64,000 nt of DNA from Phoronis australis. Taxonomy: Eukaryota > Animalia > Phoronida. The position numbers and the translations under genes were made by a program. Every line of letters starts with the position of its first letter. Within the stretch, counting starts at the first letter, position 1. Where the stretch lies: positions 69,642 to 133,641 of the forward strand of contig NMRA01000350.1 in the NCBI GenBank assembly GCA_002633005.1, read 5' to 3'. This document shows positions 13,291-24,960 of the stretch, piece after piece. The notes under the pieces are model-generated. The model saw only the letters and a program-made list of their open reading frames with translations, ran no database searches and was not told the origin of the DNA.

Positions 13291-15330
13291 GATTGCAAAA
13301 AAATAAATGAAATGAGTACTAAAAATTAAAAAAAAACATCAGAGTAGTCTATACAGTACCTACTTGCATCACGTTTTGTGTACCGTACTTCTTGGTAACA
13401 TGTACCGTACGCCAGGTATCATACCCGTGACGTGTTGTGGTAAGACCATGGACATCACAGTATTAAGATGTCTATGGGTAGGCCTACGACACTCGTGACA
13501 ATGACTTACTTTCAAACACGAGGACTGAAAATATTTGTCACAGGATTTGGCATCCAGAAATTACACCATACAAAGAGATGATAATGAGCTGTCAGATGAC
13601 ACATCGGTTTACTCATTTGCTGTACTTGTCGTCTGGTCACATTATTTGGAGAGGGCTAAAATTTACATCAACACGTCAAAAAGTGAAAAATGCGGCCGTT
13701 TTTCTCCAGGTCGTCTGCTCGACATTTCGCTTTGTTTTCCGTTAACGCCGTCTGAGGTCGCTAAAAGTAATCACTCTTTTGGGAGACAAGCAAACGTAGT
13801 TAGGCGGGAAATAACGTGGTACGACAGTGAAAAACGGAACCGGTGACTTACCCCTATCATACATTGCGAGCGATTGTGATGATTTGTACATTCGCGAGTA
13901 TTAGCCAGGCCTTCACGCGTTAATGTGTAAAACACGCGTTAACTACTAACAGCCTTGTAATTTCATAAAAACATATATCTTCAGATTCACTTTAAAGGTA
14001 GAAGCGTTAAAAAAATCGAGTAAGTTAGCCAAACAATGCTGCCACCGGATCGTCCCAGTTTAATAAGCGTTCTCCGTTCGTGTTGTCGGTATGCCTGTTC
14101 TGGGATTTTTCTCGCTTCCTTGCAACCACTCCACCTACTTCCGAATATTTCGTGTTGACCAGTCACCATAGTCTAAAAGACTAATAGCGTACAAGGAGTT
14201 TTCATTTAAGTTCTTTTTAAGTTATTTACTGACCGTTAAAGTTAGAATAATTGTCGCCACTTCTGTTTTTAAAATGCCGCGGTATAAAATTGTTAAAAAG
14301 AAAACGAACACAAACATTCTTTTCCTTTCAATTTAATAAAGGCTTATATTATACACCTATTTGGACAGCATATACCTGCAAAAATAAAACGAATAGGATT
14401 TAGAACACTTTTGAAAAACGAAAAGTCATTTTTAACATTCCAAACGACGTAAAATTTTGGTTATCGTTCAAAACCCCATGAATGATTACTGAAAAGTTTG
14501 CGAAAATTTTGTCGATTTAAATTAGAGAGAAAGACAGAAATTACAAAACTATCTGTAGGCCTTCAAAAGCTCCATTTCGTCCTTGGCATTTTTCTCTCAT
14601 TAAGTCGGTCTCACAGATTGCTTTATTGTGATAGGATTCCATTTCCGTTATCAAATCTAATCAAGTCTTAGGGAATGCGTACGTGCGCCATCTTCAAATT
14701 GTCAATTTCAGGATTGGCCGACCTCAATACAGCATCAGGCAGTTTCTTGAGTCACTGCTTTTATGATGAAGAATCGTCACGAGGCCAATCTTCTGAAAGT
14801 AGAAAGCCCGCTTAGACTTTCGTTTTAGCGAGCCAGTTAGTAGTCTAGTTCGAAGTGCAATTTTTAAACCTTAGCAATGCTTCAAACAAACTGCAGCCGT
14901 TGTCAAAAATCCGAACGACGGAAAAGTTAATGTCTACCGGAACCCATACAACATTTAGTTTTGTGCTTCACTTCATCAGACATTTTTTCAGCTACGCTCA
15001 GGGCAAATCTACCAATTAATCATGTAAAAACACAACAAAACAAAAACACACGAAAAATGAATGAAATGTTTAGTGAGAAAAATTATCGCAATTGGATTAA
15101 AATAGTGACCCCATCGACAAAGAAGTGCCGTGCTGTGCTATAAAACCATAACAGGAAGAAATATTTTCCTGCAGCGAAGGCGCAAGATATCCTGCTGACT
15201 CAATTTTCAAGGAAAGTGGGCAAATCATGACCTTGAATTGAATTAGTTAGCCAACACGGTTCAATCACGAGGTGTTTAAAGCTTCACTACATCAGCACTC
15301 GGATAGTTACATGTAAACGCATTTCAGTAG

Positions 15331-15391
15331 CGCCGAGTCTCCGAGCGGTTAGAATCCAAGCAGTTGCTGAAAAGAATTATCCCTGAAAATG
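15331..15391 (+). CDS. Candidate upstream chitinase exon
   Basis: Strong donor G|GTAAGC at 15391/15392. Read as RRVSERLESKQLLKRIIPENG it ends in phase 1, matching the 16050 exon. Alternatively it is an ATG-only exon end. No signal peptide found. Confidence 0.35.
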
Positions 15392-16049
15392 GTAAGCACC
15401 AATCTACTACGTTTACATGCTAATAGTTTAATCAATGTACCAATGATTATTTTAATCTCTTTTCTGTATTCCGTTAACAGTGGTTGGAAATTTCAGAGAA
15501 TATTTTGATTTACCAAGTCAAAGTAATTCGCCCTTCGTTACCGATCGTAATGACGGCCCTATAGCATACGGTCTGAGCAAGTGGTTCACATTTGCGGCAT
15601 TTGCCACCGGAAAAGCCCTATTCCTTGCCGGTTGTGATTAAAATGGCAACCAACACATTTATGTAGTAGATTCATAAAACAATAATTTCTTCACAACAGT
15701 ATATAATGAAAGCTATGGACCCTGAGTGATCTAATGGGAATGTTTAACAGTAGTTATGGCTGAGAATTTTCGCCATTTTATACAGTGATCAGAAGCTCCC
15801 AACTGCGGTAGAAGTCTATTATGTATTTGTGCCACAAATGTTTCTTATGCCACGTGACAAGTAAGAGTCATAGATANATCCACAACGCGTGTCATCAAAG
15901 TATAGGCAAAAGAACTGCTGCATGAAATTCTTCGCAAAAACTATAAATCTCTTTTCATCTGCGTAAGGACCAATTCTATAGCAGTAGGGTCTGACTTAAT
16001 TTCTCTAACGATTGACGGGTTGAGCGATTTAAATGCTTTTATGGTTTAG

Positions 16050-16217
16050 GTGGTCGAAAACTGGTATGCTACTTCACAAATTGGGCCCAGTATCGCTCTG
16101 GAATAGGTGCCTACAAAGCAAAGGAGATCGACCCCTTTCTATGCACACATATCGTGGTAGCGTTCGCTGCCATTGATTCACATGGCGAGCTCAAACCCAT
16201 CGAATGGAACGATGAAG
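16050..16217 (+). CDS. Chitinase exon (start of the GH18 barrel)
   Basis: ttag|GT...GAAG|gtaag; [39 protein letters not shown]...EWNDE. Confidence 0.93.
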
Positions 16218-19200
16218 GTAAGCTTTCAATATGGACGATACGGTGTCGATTGCTGTTTCTAATTTTCAGGGTATTCTTTCACTTTCAACCATATGCAAAT
16301 AGCAGACTGGTTTTCATGACCGTGATATTTTTAATTGTAGATCAAATATACCGGGTTTATATTAACTAGCCGCGCGATTACGTGTGTCATTTACTGCACC
16401 TGGAACTGAATATAACTAACTTTCTGCTGATAATAACTACAGATATAGATATATCTTGGACCTATTTATGAAACATCAAATCTCACCCCATTGCCCACGA
16501 CATCTCCGATCAAGATGGCCAGGGATTGCCGACTTGTGTTCTTCGATCGTACAGATTAGCCCCTGGTTACCTAATCATCACCTTCACCCATAACCTCAAC
16601 ATTTCCCGGTGAGATCGTTAATTTCCGTTGCTCCTCCTTCTCGGTGGGAATACCTTGGTCTACGCCTACTCCAGTACCGCGATAGCTATCATCTGGTTTA
16701 AGTTTGGACAACTTAGGAATATAATCTAATTTTATAATTTGATTTGGACAGATATTTGTCTTGAGGGAGTTAACGTGTAATCACCGGAAGTTTTTTTTCC
16801 AAATTTGAACCAACCCCTAACTATAGATCTTTTACAGTTAAAGGTTTGTGTTTTTTGCAATAGATCGACCTTCCAAGTGGAATGAAACCAACATAAGAAA
16901 CGATAGAACAAACACCTACATTTCTTGGCAACAGGTGGCGAAGAAGTTTTATTTCTCACAAATCTCTAACTGGCCATCGGCATCAAATTCCAAATCGAAA
17001 AATTCAACAGATGAAGTCGAAAGCAAATTTGCAAAAGAGAGACATTTCCCATTAAATAAATTCCAAACTATATTTTCAGATTTTGTGTCCAAGGTTGTGT
17101 TAACTTGCGTTCACCAGATCGCTTTAATTATTAAAAATTGAAATTCAGTGTATGGTCCACGATATGGATCGTTATTTAGCATATTCTTTACAGGATGCAA
17201 TGTTGTATACTCTTATCGTTGGATTCATTACTTAACACAACTCTTAATGAAGACAAAAGTCAAACAACGACGCCTGATTTGCTATAAGCGGGTAGAGTGA
17301 TTTCCCCTGCTATCCTCGTCTTTCTTGAATATCAGTTAAATCTCGTATGTCAAGGCACGCGGCTTGCCCCTTTTATCTGTCTTCGAATCCTCTCCATCAG
17401 TGCTGTCTGCTCATTTTTTGCCTTTCAGAAACTTTCAAGACTATCAATGATTTGAAGAAAACGAATCCTGACTTGAAAACTCTAATCGCCGTTGGGGGTT
17501 GGAATGCTGGAAGTGAACCGTTTACAAGAATAGTGAAAACGTTCGCCGGTAGACGGCGCTTTATAAACAGTGCCTTGAGGTAGGGAATATGATTTATCAT
17601 TTCATATGACTTGAAGAAAATAGATCGTGATCCTAGGTGGAATAATGATTCTCCTGAAGCTTCACCAATCGAAAAGTCGACAAATGAGGAGACTTACATC
17701 AAAAATTATACGTTGGGTTTCAGTTGTGTACGAGTAACAAAGATAGATTTGGGGCGGACCACGACGCTAGGCGGCCTCCCAAGTGTGCATGTATGCATGC
17801 ATGCATACGTGCATACATACATGCATGCATACGTACATGCATACATGAATGCCTATTTTCTCTTGGTTTGGAACGCTGTGACGATTAATCCGTTAACTTC
17901 AATCACCTTATTGCTATACGGGTACAAGCACCGCTACTTCCATGAAAGCACCGTTATTCAGGGCATAGGTTGGCAATCTAGTTTATGGGTTATTTATTAT
18001 ATTCCTGTAGGTTTCTCAAAAGGTACAACTTCGACGGGCTAGATTACGACTGGGAATATCCGGGCAGCAGAGGCAGCCCACCTTCGGACAAATCACGATT
18101 TTCAGCGCTTGTCAGGGTTAGTATATGTACTATTTACTTAGGCCACCCATCGCTTGTGGGCTTATATGATGGAGGTCTAACACGTTTTCTAGCTCATGCG
18201 CGGTGTTGAAGGTAGCTTTTGTTCCTCAACGGCCGCTCCTCATATTTTTCATCAAGATCGCACATTTGACATTTTGGGAGGGACTGACTGTCTGTGCATG
18301 ATCACTCAATTTTATTTGCCTCCTAGATATGGTCATTACATAGGGAACTAAAGAACCGATATTCGGTAAAAAGCACGAGTTTTTGCATGAGTTGAATCTC
18401 GACATGGCATTGCTAATGGATTCAGTTATGTAATTTACCGTTTACTCACCGTTGCAGGAAACATACAGAGCTTTTAAAGGTGCCAGTCAAACAAGCAGGC
18501 CACTTTTACTGGCGGTCGCAGTAGGAGTAGGACGAAAGGTGGCGCAGGCGGGCTACAACATCCCATTTATTTCTAGGTAAGCATTCGCAACCACTTCGGT
18601 TCCACTGTTAGTATACAACTTACTCTAAAATTCTAAGTTGAGGAAAGAAAAACTAAAAGTTATGCTTGTAAGAATGACCAACATATCAATATACAAAATT
18701 CCTTAGTCGCTAACGTAAATCCGTATTATATGACATATTGGATTTAAATGGGCCTGGATTACGATAAACATACTAAATTGCAATATTGAAAGTGGTTCTC
18801 TGTCACTGAAACAGAATTCAACCCGCTCACCAGGCATTTTTCGTGTTCGCAAATATTTTTAATTTCTGTTGATATCAAAGCAATTTTTTAGTTTCAAATG
18901 TCAATAAACGATGTGTCAACTGCTGGCCACTTCGTGGAATTTTTCTAACACAAGGAAAAGCACGTCTTCTTGTTTGGTATGGCAAGACAAGGACGTAGCA
19001 CATTTCGCTAAAAAGAAAAATGTGACCTTTGACCTCAATCGATTTCAAGCAACTGACTGTGTAAGCCCATGCACGAACTTGGGAAGGAGATTGGAAACTT
19101 TTAGGTAACCACAGTGTTTTTCCTTCTCGCGTATTTCAACAGTCGTGTATTTTGAGATTTTTTTTTGTAAATTTCCTCACAAGGGAAAAATTACTCTGTA

Positions 19201-22200
19201 CTAAACGTTGCGAGATGGTACTTCCGCTAGGAATTGTTCAAAAGATAGTTTTGACGAGCTTTCGCGTTCCATGCCTCTTTATCCACCGATATCGTTTACT
19301 GTAGTAGGACTGCCGTACCGCGGGTGGAAATAGAACAGGGATGCATGCCGTGCGGGCAGTACTTGCAGCGAAAACTTTTGCAGTGATTATATCCCACAAT
19401 GCAACATTCCAACCTGACGTACGTCGCTCTTAACTTTTCAATGTCTACTATTTTGCTGGGGTATGCTGGCATCTGAAGGTCCCACGCAGTACTCGCAGCA
19501 GTGAGTCGCGAGATTTTGCGTGATTTTTTTGGTCAATGGAGGGCAATTACTTTGTGAGCTATGCAGATTTTTTATACAAGTCTACGAAACCTCACATATG
19601 CGATACCAGAAAACAACAAGTAGTCAATCTACACTGATTAACATGGTAGGATAAAAACAGAGTAGACATTTTCGATTTTCTTAAACTCACGCTCCGGAAA
19701 TCGCTTTCGCGGTATACATGTATCTAGGGCCTCATTCACTTCCTTCCATACCATAATGCACCCGTTACCAACATGGGGCTCAGAGAAGTAAGCTGACGGC
19801 CTTTATGCAATGTTTGCGTTCTTAGCAACTGGATTTCGAAAACCAAAGTCTGTGCAGCGTTGCATGAAACAACCAAATTCCCTAATGTTTTGCGTATTTC
19901 TTACTCACACATGTAACATTTTGTCTGTGATTTTATCTTTATTATGAGCTCCTCTTTGGCTCATGGCATTTTATAATAATATAATTAAAAACTGTTAAAG
20001 TAATTAGGGTCGAAGTCCTTAAATTAGGAGCGTTACATGACAGGATCCCTGTATATTTTCAGTAATATTAAGAATTCAACATAGAATTCATTCTCAATTT
20101 GTATCAAACCAAAACATTGACTCAATATTGAGACTTAATCATTATAAGAACGGACAATAAGTGTTTCCACAAGTCCAAACACGCAGATGATTTTGTGGAC
20201 CTAGTTTAGAACCTATTTGGGACTAATTCATGCAACAGGGCACTGGAGTAATTGAGTTTCTGTCACGTCAAAAACCCAGAAACACAATTCCTTGTGTTTT
20301 ATATCTTTTTACCATCGATTATTACAGATATGTAGATTGGATAAGCTTGATGACGTACGATTTGACTGCTGGTTTTAGCCACACAAGACACCATGCCCCC
20401 TTAAACGGAAGTGACACCCTCAACTTGGTAAGCATCTATGTGACGTCATTGGGATGAAAAAATTCAGTATAATAGTCTGTGTGGCCAAGTTGCTTTATTA
20501 GAAAGATCGCACGTAAATCGAAGTCCCACCAGACCTGTGCACGACACAAGAATGAACGGGACCACGGCTCTCAGTCTGATCTCGAGCCCCTATTAGTGAA
20601 AACTCAGTGATCCGTGGTGGTCGAAATATTCATGTGCCATTACCATCTTCTTGACGACAGCAATTGAACCATTTTTTTAACGTAAACTCTATTTACAAAC
20701 TACAAAATGTATAACATGAACCCATGACTATGAATGACCACTCTTGACTTCTTCCGTTTCGCAGGGAACTAGTCCAAGGTATTCAGGTATTCCGCCATGT
20801 TTTTGTGTCGAAGTCAAGTACAATTAAGATAGATAGTATGTTTTCACGTCAAGTTATCGTTCGTAGCAAATTTTATCTCATTGCCTTTTGCAGCAATGGG
20901 TGATCGACTACTGGATTAGTCAGGGTTGTCCTTCTGAGAAACTTGTATTGGGTATTGCTGCTTACGGCAGGTCATATACGCTTGCTGATCCAAACAACCA
21001 CCGCATTGGAGACGCGAGTATTGGCGCAGGAGAGCCTGGAAAGTATTCCAGACAACCTGGATTCCTGGCGTATTACGAAGTAAGCATGCCATACAATAAG
21101 AGCGATTACCCTGAATGACAAAGTTGGGTGATTTTCGACGCCAAAAGGTATAAGGAACTTGGGGGCTATTAGTTTGAGCTGCACCTCCCCTGGGCCACAA
21201 TATCTCCTCGTTTCCTCTTGTATATGCGGGCCCTACTCTAAAGCTCAGTTTAATGGATAATCTGCTAATAAATTGTGTCTTGGGCATAGGACATTATTCG
21301 ACAAAAGGGAGCCAAAATAGGACTGAACTGAAGGTATCTCATTTTATCTGGGTCGTTGTGATGAGTAGAAAAGGCACGAGCAGTCTCAGCCACAGGAAAT
21401 AACTTAAAACGTACATATGTATGGCCTGAAATAATATCGAGACTCCTCCCAGTCTCGTGCATGAAAACAGGCAACGCCCACTTCCCGTAAATATATCTAG
21501 ATTAAAAATTTAACTTGAAAAGAAATGCATTTTAATTTAGTTTTATTTTCCAGGTCTGCTCCAATAACTGGAATAACGCGTTTGACAATGACGAGAAGGT
21601 TCCGTACAAGTATTTGGGAAACCAATGGGTTGGTTATGACGACCCAGCAAGTGCAGCTATGAAGGTAAGTACCCGATGTTACCGCGCTCAGCTTCATCAA
21701 CCCAGGAACGACAAAACTGCTCTTGGGCTTTCAGATAAGGTTACCAATATAGCTGTCGGTAACTAGTGTTCCACTGTGGCAATCAAAGCTACGCAAAGAA
21801 CTGTAAGGCGTAAAGTTCCACTGAAGGCGCAACTCAATCGCATCAAGTTGTAAAATATACGATGAGCTTTGTTCACACGGTGTTTTAAATTTGAAACTTT
21901 ATTATGCCCAATTTATTATCTTCATATTTTTGTGCTGCAGTTTTTCTTTAGCCCCTCCACACAAAACGGTAACTAATACATCCAAAAACCTTGACTACTC
22001 ATAATCACTAAAATGCTAACGCCGTCTGCGTTTTCGTTATCAAATTTCCGTGATCCACCCCAGGGCACACTTACATATTTAAAGATATAAATCGCAATAC
22101 TCCGTAATGGCATTGTCAAGGAAACGAGCAAAGAACTACATTGAGGCGAGAAGTTTAAAGTGAGTTTGTTCTCTCATAATCCACCAAACAGCCAAAGCAT

Positions 22201-23400
22201 TGGTATACGGTGCAAAAAAAATTACAGCCAATACATTGACTGCCACTGACAATGCGCACATTCAAAAGGGTAGGCCGTCAGTAGAACATTGTTTGTTTCC
22301 CCTAGCTTGACCGTCACTCCTTTGCTATGGGTTGGTGGTTCATTGTAAAATCGCACTCACTTTGTTGTAAAATAATTTATTTCTCGTTTTCTCTCATGAA
22401 AAATTACGGGAAATGTGTTCCCTACCGAATATCCTTAGCGCCATGCATATACCATTTCTAGGTAAAACTGGCGCTAGATCATGGATTATCTGGAGCAATG
22501 CTTTGGTCATTGGACATGGATGACTTCACTGGTAACGTGTGCAACGGCGGAAGATATCCTTTGCTCAAATCTATACGGCACGTGCTTGACGTCTACAGCG
22601 TGAGCGTTACCAAAACGGTCCCTGATCCTACAGATCCGAGAATACATCCAACGACAGCGACAACAATTTCGACACTGGGAACCGATGCGACAACAACAAC
22701 TGCTGCAGTACCCAGAACCACTACGACGCCGACGACTACTGCGACACAGAGAACTACCGCGAGACCGTCAACTACTACGAGACCGGCAACAAGGCAAACT
22801 TCGTGGCGAACAACAACAGGAAGGCAGACTCCCAGAAGACCGCCAAGTACTGCGACACCCACAGAGCGTGGAAGATGTGGTAAATAAACTATTACATAAT
22901 TGTCAAGGCAGCAGTCAAGTACAGTCGACGCACCATCAAAAGTTTTTTAGCAATGCACAATGTCATTTTCCGAGTTCCAAGTTCACAAGCGTGGAAGTGG
23001 AAGGTGACGGTAGGCATTTTTACAACGTATAATGAACCGGCGGCCAACAAAATGTCGAAGGTGCTTTTCCAAAGAACGCTACACACTCTACTCAGGAATA
23101 TTCGCATTTCGAAAAAGCATCGTCACTTGAAGGCATATTTGTACTACAAGTCCTTTTAAGTCTCTTGTCATGTGTTGCATTTTTAGTTTGAAAAGCTTCA
23201 TAGCTTTTGTTCTGTTTGCAGAATTCACATGTCCGCGAAGGTACGGATTCTTTCCTGATCCGTGCAACTGCCGAAGATTCTTCCGATGTGTTCGTTCTGT
23301 GGCCATCGCTTTCACCTGCCCACGATTCACACTATGGGACGCAACGACGACTTCATGTAACCATCGCGCTTTTGTAAACTGCAGCCACATACTTGAATAA
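16050..23400 (+). CDS. GH18 chitinase (CHIA/CHIT1-like) with Thr-rich linker and CBM14 chitin-binding domain; spliced, 5' exon(s) unresolved
   Basis: Exons 16050-16217, 17429-17579, 18011-18116, 18458-18576, 20328-20427, 20894-21079, 21554-21664, 22462-22879 and 23222-23400 all have AG/GT borders and compatible phases (about 512 codons). Motifs: [58 protein letters not shown]. Confidence 0.95.
17429..17579 (+). CDS. Chitinase exon
   Basis: ttcag|...|gtagg; [31 protein letters not shown]. Confidence 0.93.
17787..17850. repeat. Degenerate (ATGC/ATAC)n microsatellite in a chitinase intron
   Basis: gcatgtatgcatgcatgcatacgtgcatacatac... Confidence 0.8.
18011..18116 (+). CDS. Chitinase catalytic-motif exon
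   Basis: tgtag|...|gttag; [23 protein letters not shown] (DxxDxDxE intact). Confidence 0.95.
18458..18576 (+). CDS. Chitinase exon
   Basis: tgcag|...|gtaag; ETYRAFKG...[24 protein letters not shown]. Confidence 0.9.
20328..20427 (+). CDS. Chitinase exon
   Basis: tacag|...|gtaag; [26 protein letters not shown]. Confidence 0.92.
20894..21079 (+). CDS. Chitinase exon
   Basis: tgcag|...|gtaag; [30 protein letters not shown]...GFLAYYE. Confidence 0.93.
21554..21664 (+). CDS. Chitinase exon
   Basis: tccag|...|gtaag; VCSNNW...[23 protein letters not shown]. Confidence 0.93.
22462..22879 (+). CDS. Chitinase exon: end of GH18 domain plus Thr/Pro/Arg-rich linker
   Basis: tctag|...|gtaaa; [25 protein letters not shown] followed by a mucin-like T-rich stretch. 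Confidence 0.93.
23222..23400 (+). CDS. Chitinase last exon: CBM14 (peritrophin-A type) domain
   Basis: tgcag|; [22 protein letters not shown]...[10 protein letters not shown]...SCNH...VNC, TAA stop at 23398-23400. Confidence 0.92.
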
Positions 23401-23433
23401 CTGTTACTTTACGTGGAGGGTTACAACATTTAA

Positions 23434-23925
23434 AGCTGCAACTTGTGATACTCAGCTAGCTGACGTTTTAAACATATTTCGAGTTTTGAAATGAGTCTCC
23501 AACGTTTAAAATAGTGCCATCTACAAGCAACCACAAATTGGTGCCGAATAAATCTAAGCGTTCCACATGAGCGACACAGTACCTGACCAGGGATTTCCGA
23601 CGTTCACCTCCCCGCCATCATTGCAATCCACATCTTGCCACGTGACCAAAATGTCATCAACCAATAACCAAAGTAACTAACTCACGAAAACAGTCATTGT
23701 TGTGTTACGTGGCGTTCTTTGAATGAATGTCCTTGTGCGCTATTTTCAAATTTCACGGTTAGCTAAACCCCAAACTGTAGTGACGATTTTCTAACACGTT
23801 TTAAACAATTTTAAGACTCGTATTTTCTACTTGGTCTTAGCATAGCAGGAAAAACTGAAGCCGATTTTATAAGAGCAAAAGACATGGTTCAAGTTTCGTT
23901 CTTCAAGTAGACACGTCGAGCAGCT
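23434..23925. mobile_element. Possible non-autonomous Kolobok-like element in the chitinase 3' UTR
   Basis: TTAA-AGCTGC...GCAGCT-TTAA termini; the inverted repeat is short. Confidence 0.4.
23547..23552 (+). promoter_or_regulatory. Putative polyadenylation signal of the chitinase
   Basis: AATAAA about 150 bp after the stop codon. Confidence 0.45.
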
Positions 23926-24960
23926 TTAATTGGCTGCGTTTGATTCAATCCGCCTGTCCAGCAGGCTAAGACACTGTTGGTTCTTGATAAATGCTACAAC
24001 AAAACCAATCAGATGTCTTAGCTGGTTAACATGAAATCAAGTTTAGCTATTCTATTTTATCATGGTGACAATTAATTTCAATCAGAATTATTAACGAATG
24101 GATAACAAAATGCTGACTTGAAGAGGACCAAATGAAGACGGGCCGACTAAGCCTGTCAAAAGTACAGTGTAGATGGCTTCCACATTCTGAATGATCTGTT
24201 TCGGAACGAAAATAGTTTTTCTACCATGGTTTCGAAATGCTTTCGTCTTAAGTTATTAGCATGTGTTTTATAACTGGTGTAGTGAGTCAACTGCCGGGTA
24301 CACCATGTAATATATTTGTAGCCTCCGATTTCCTCCTCGGAGGTGAATGCTATGTGCACATGTATGGACTTCATTCATTGTACAAGTTATGTGACTTTCA
24401 AATTGAAGAACGTCTGGCCTTTTGACTGAAGTTCGTACACGCATGGATCTACGACGGGAACACCTCGGGTATTCTCATTGTGTCATCCCTCGGAGGCGTT
24501 TCATATCTGGACATGTTAGAACTTGAAACACAACATCAAGAAGACGTAGTGAAGAGACTGTTAAAATTGTGGCTTCAACCTAGTTTTAGAAGTCGTACAT
24601 GCGACTTCATTCTCAACACTTAGTCTTTCTATGGGTGCACTGTTAACTCAGCACAACAAGATAAAGTTTGGCTGCTGTCTCGCGGCTAGAAAAAATCTAA
24701 CCAAAATCACGTGTTCTCATTTAAAATACACGACAATATCTCACGCAATGTCACGAAGTCTTGCTTTTTTAGCGATGTACTGGCGTAGGTCCTAGCGTTA
24801 ATGAACTCTACCCAGAATTCCGTAAGTCCCATGACTTGCCTGTTCGCACATGTGGAGATATGAAACACCTCCGAGCGAAAATATGAGACTGCAAAAATAC
24901 CCGAGGTGTTCCGAATGCTTGTAAGTATGAAGAAATGCTATTCTATGGAAACTGGACAGN

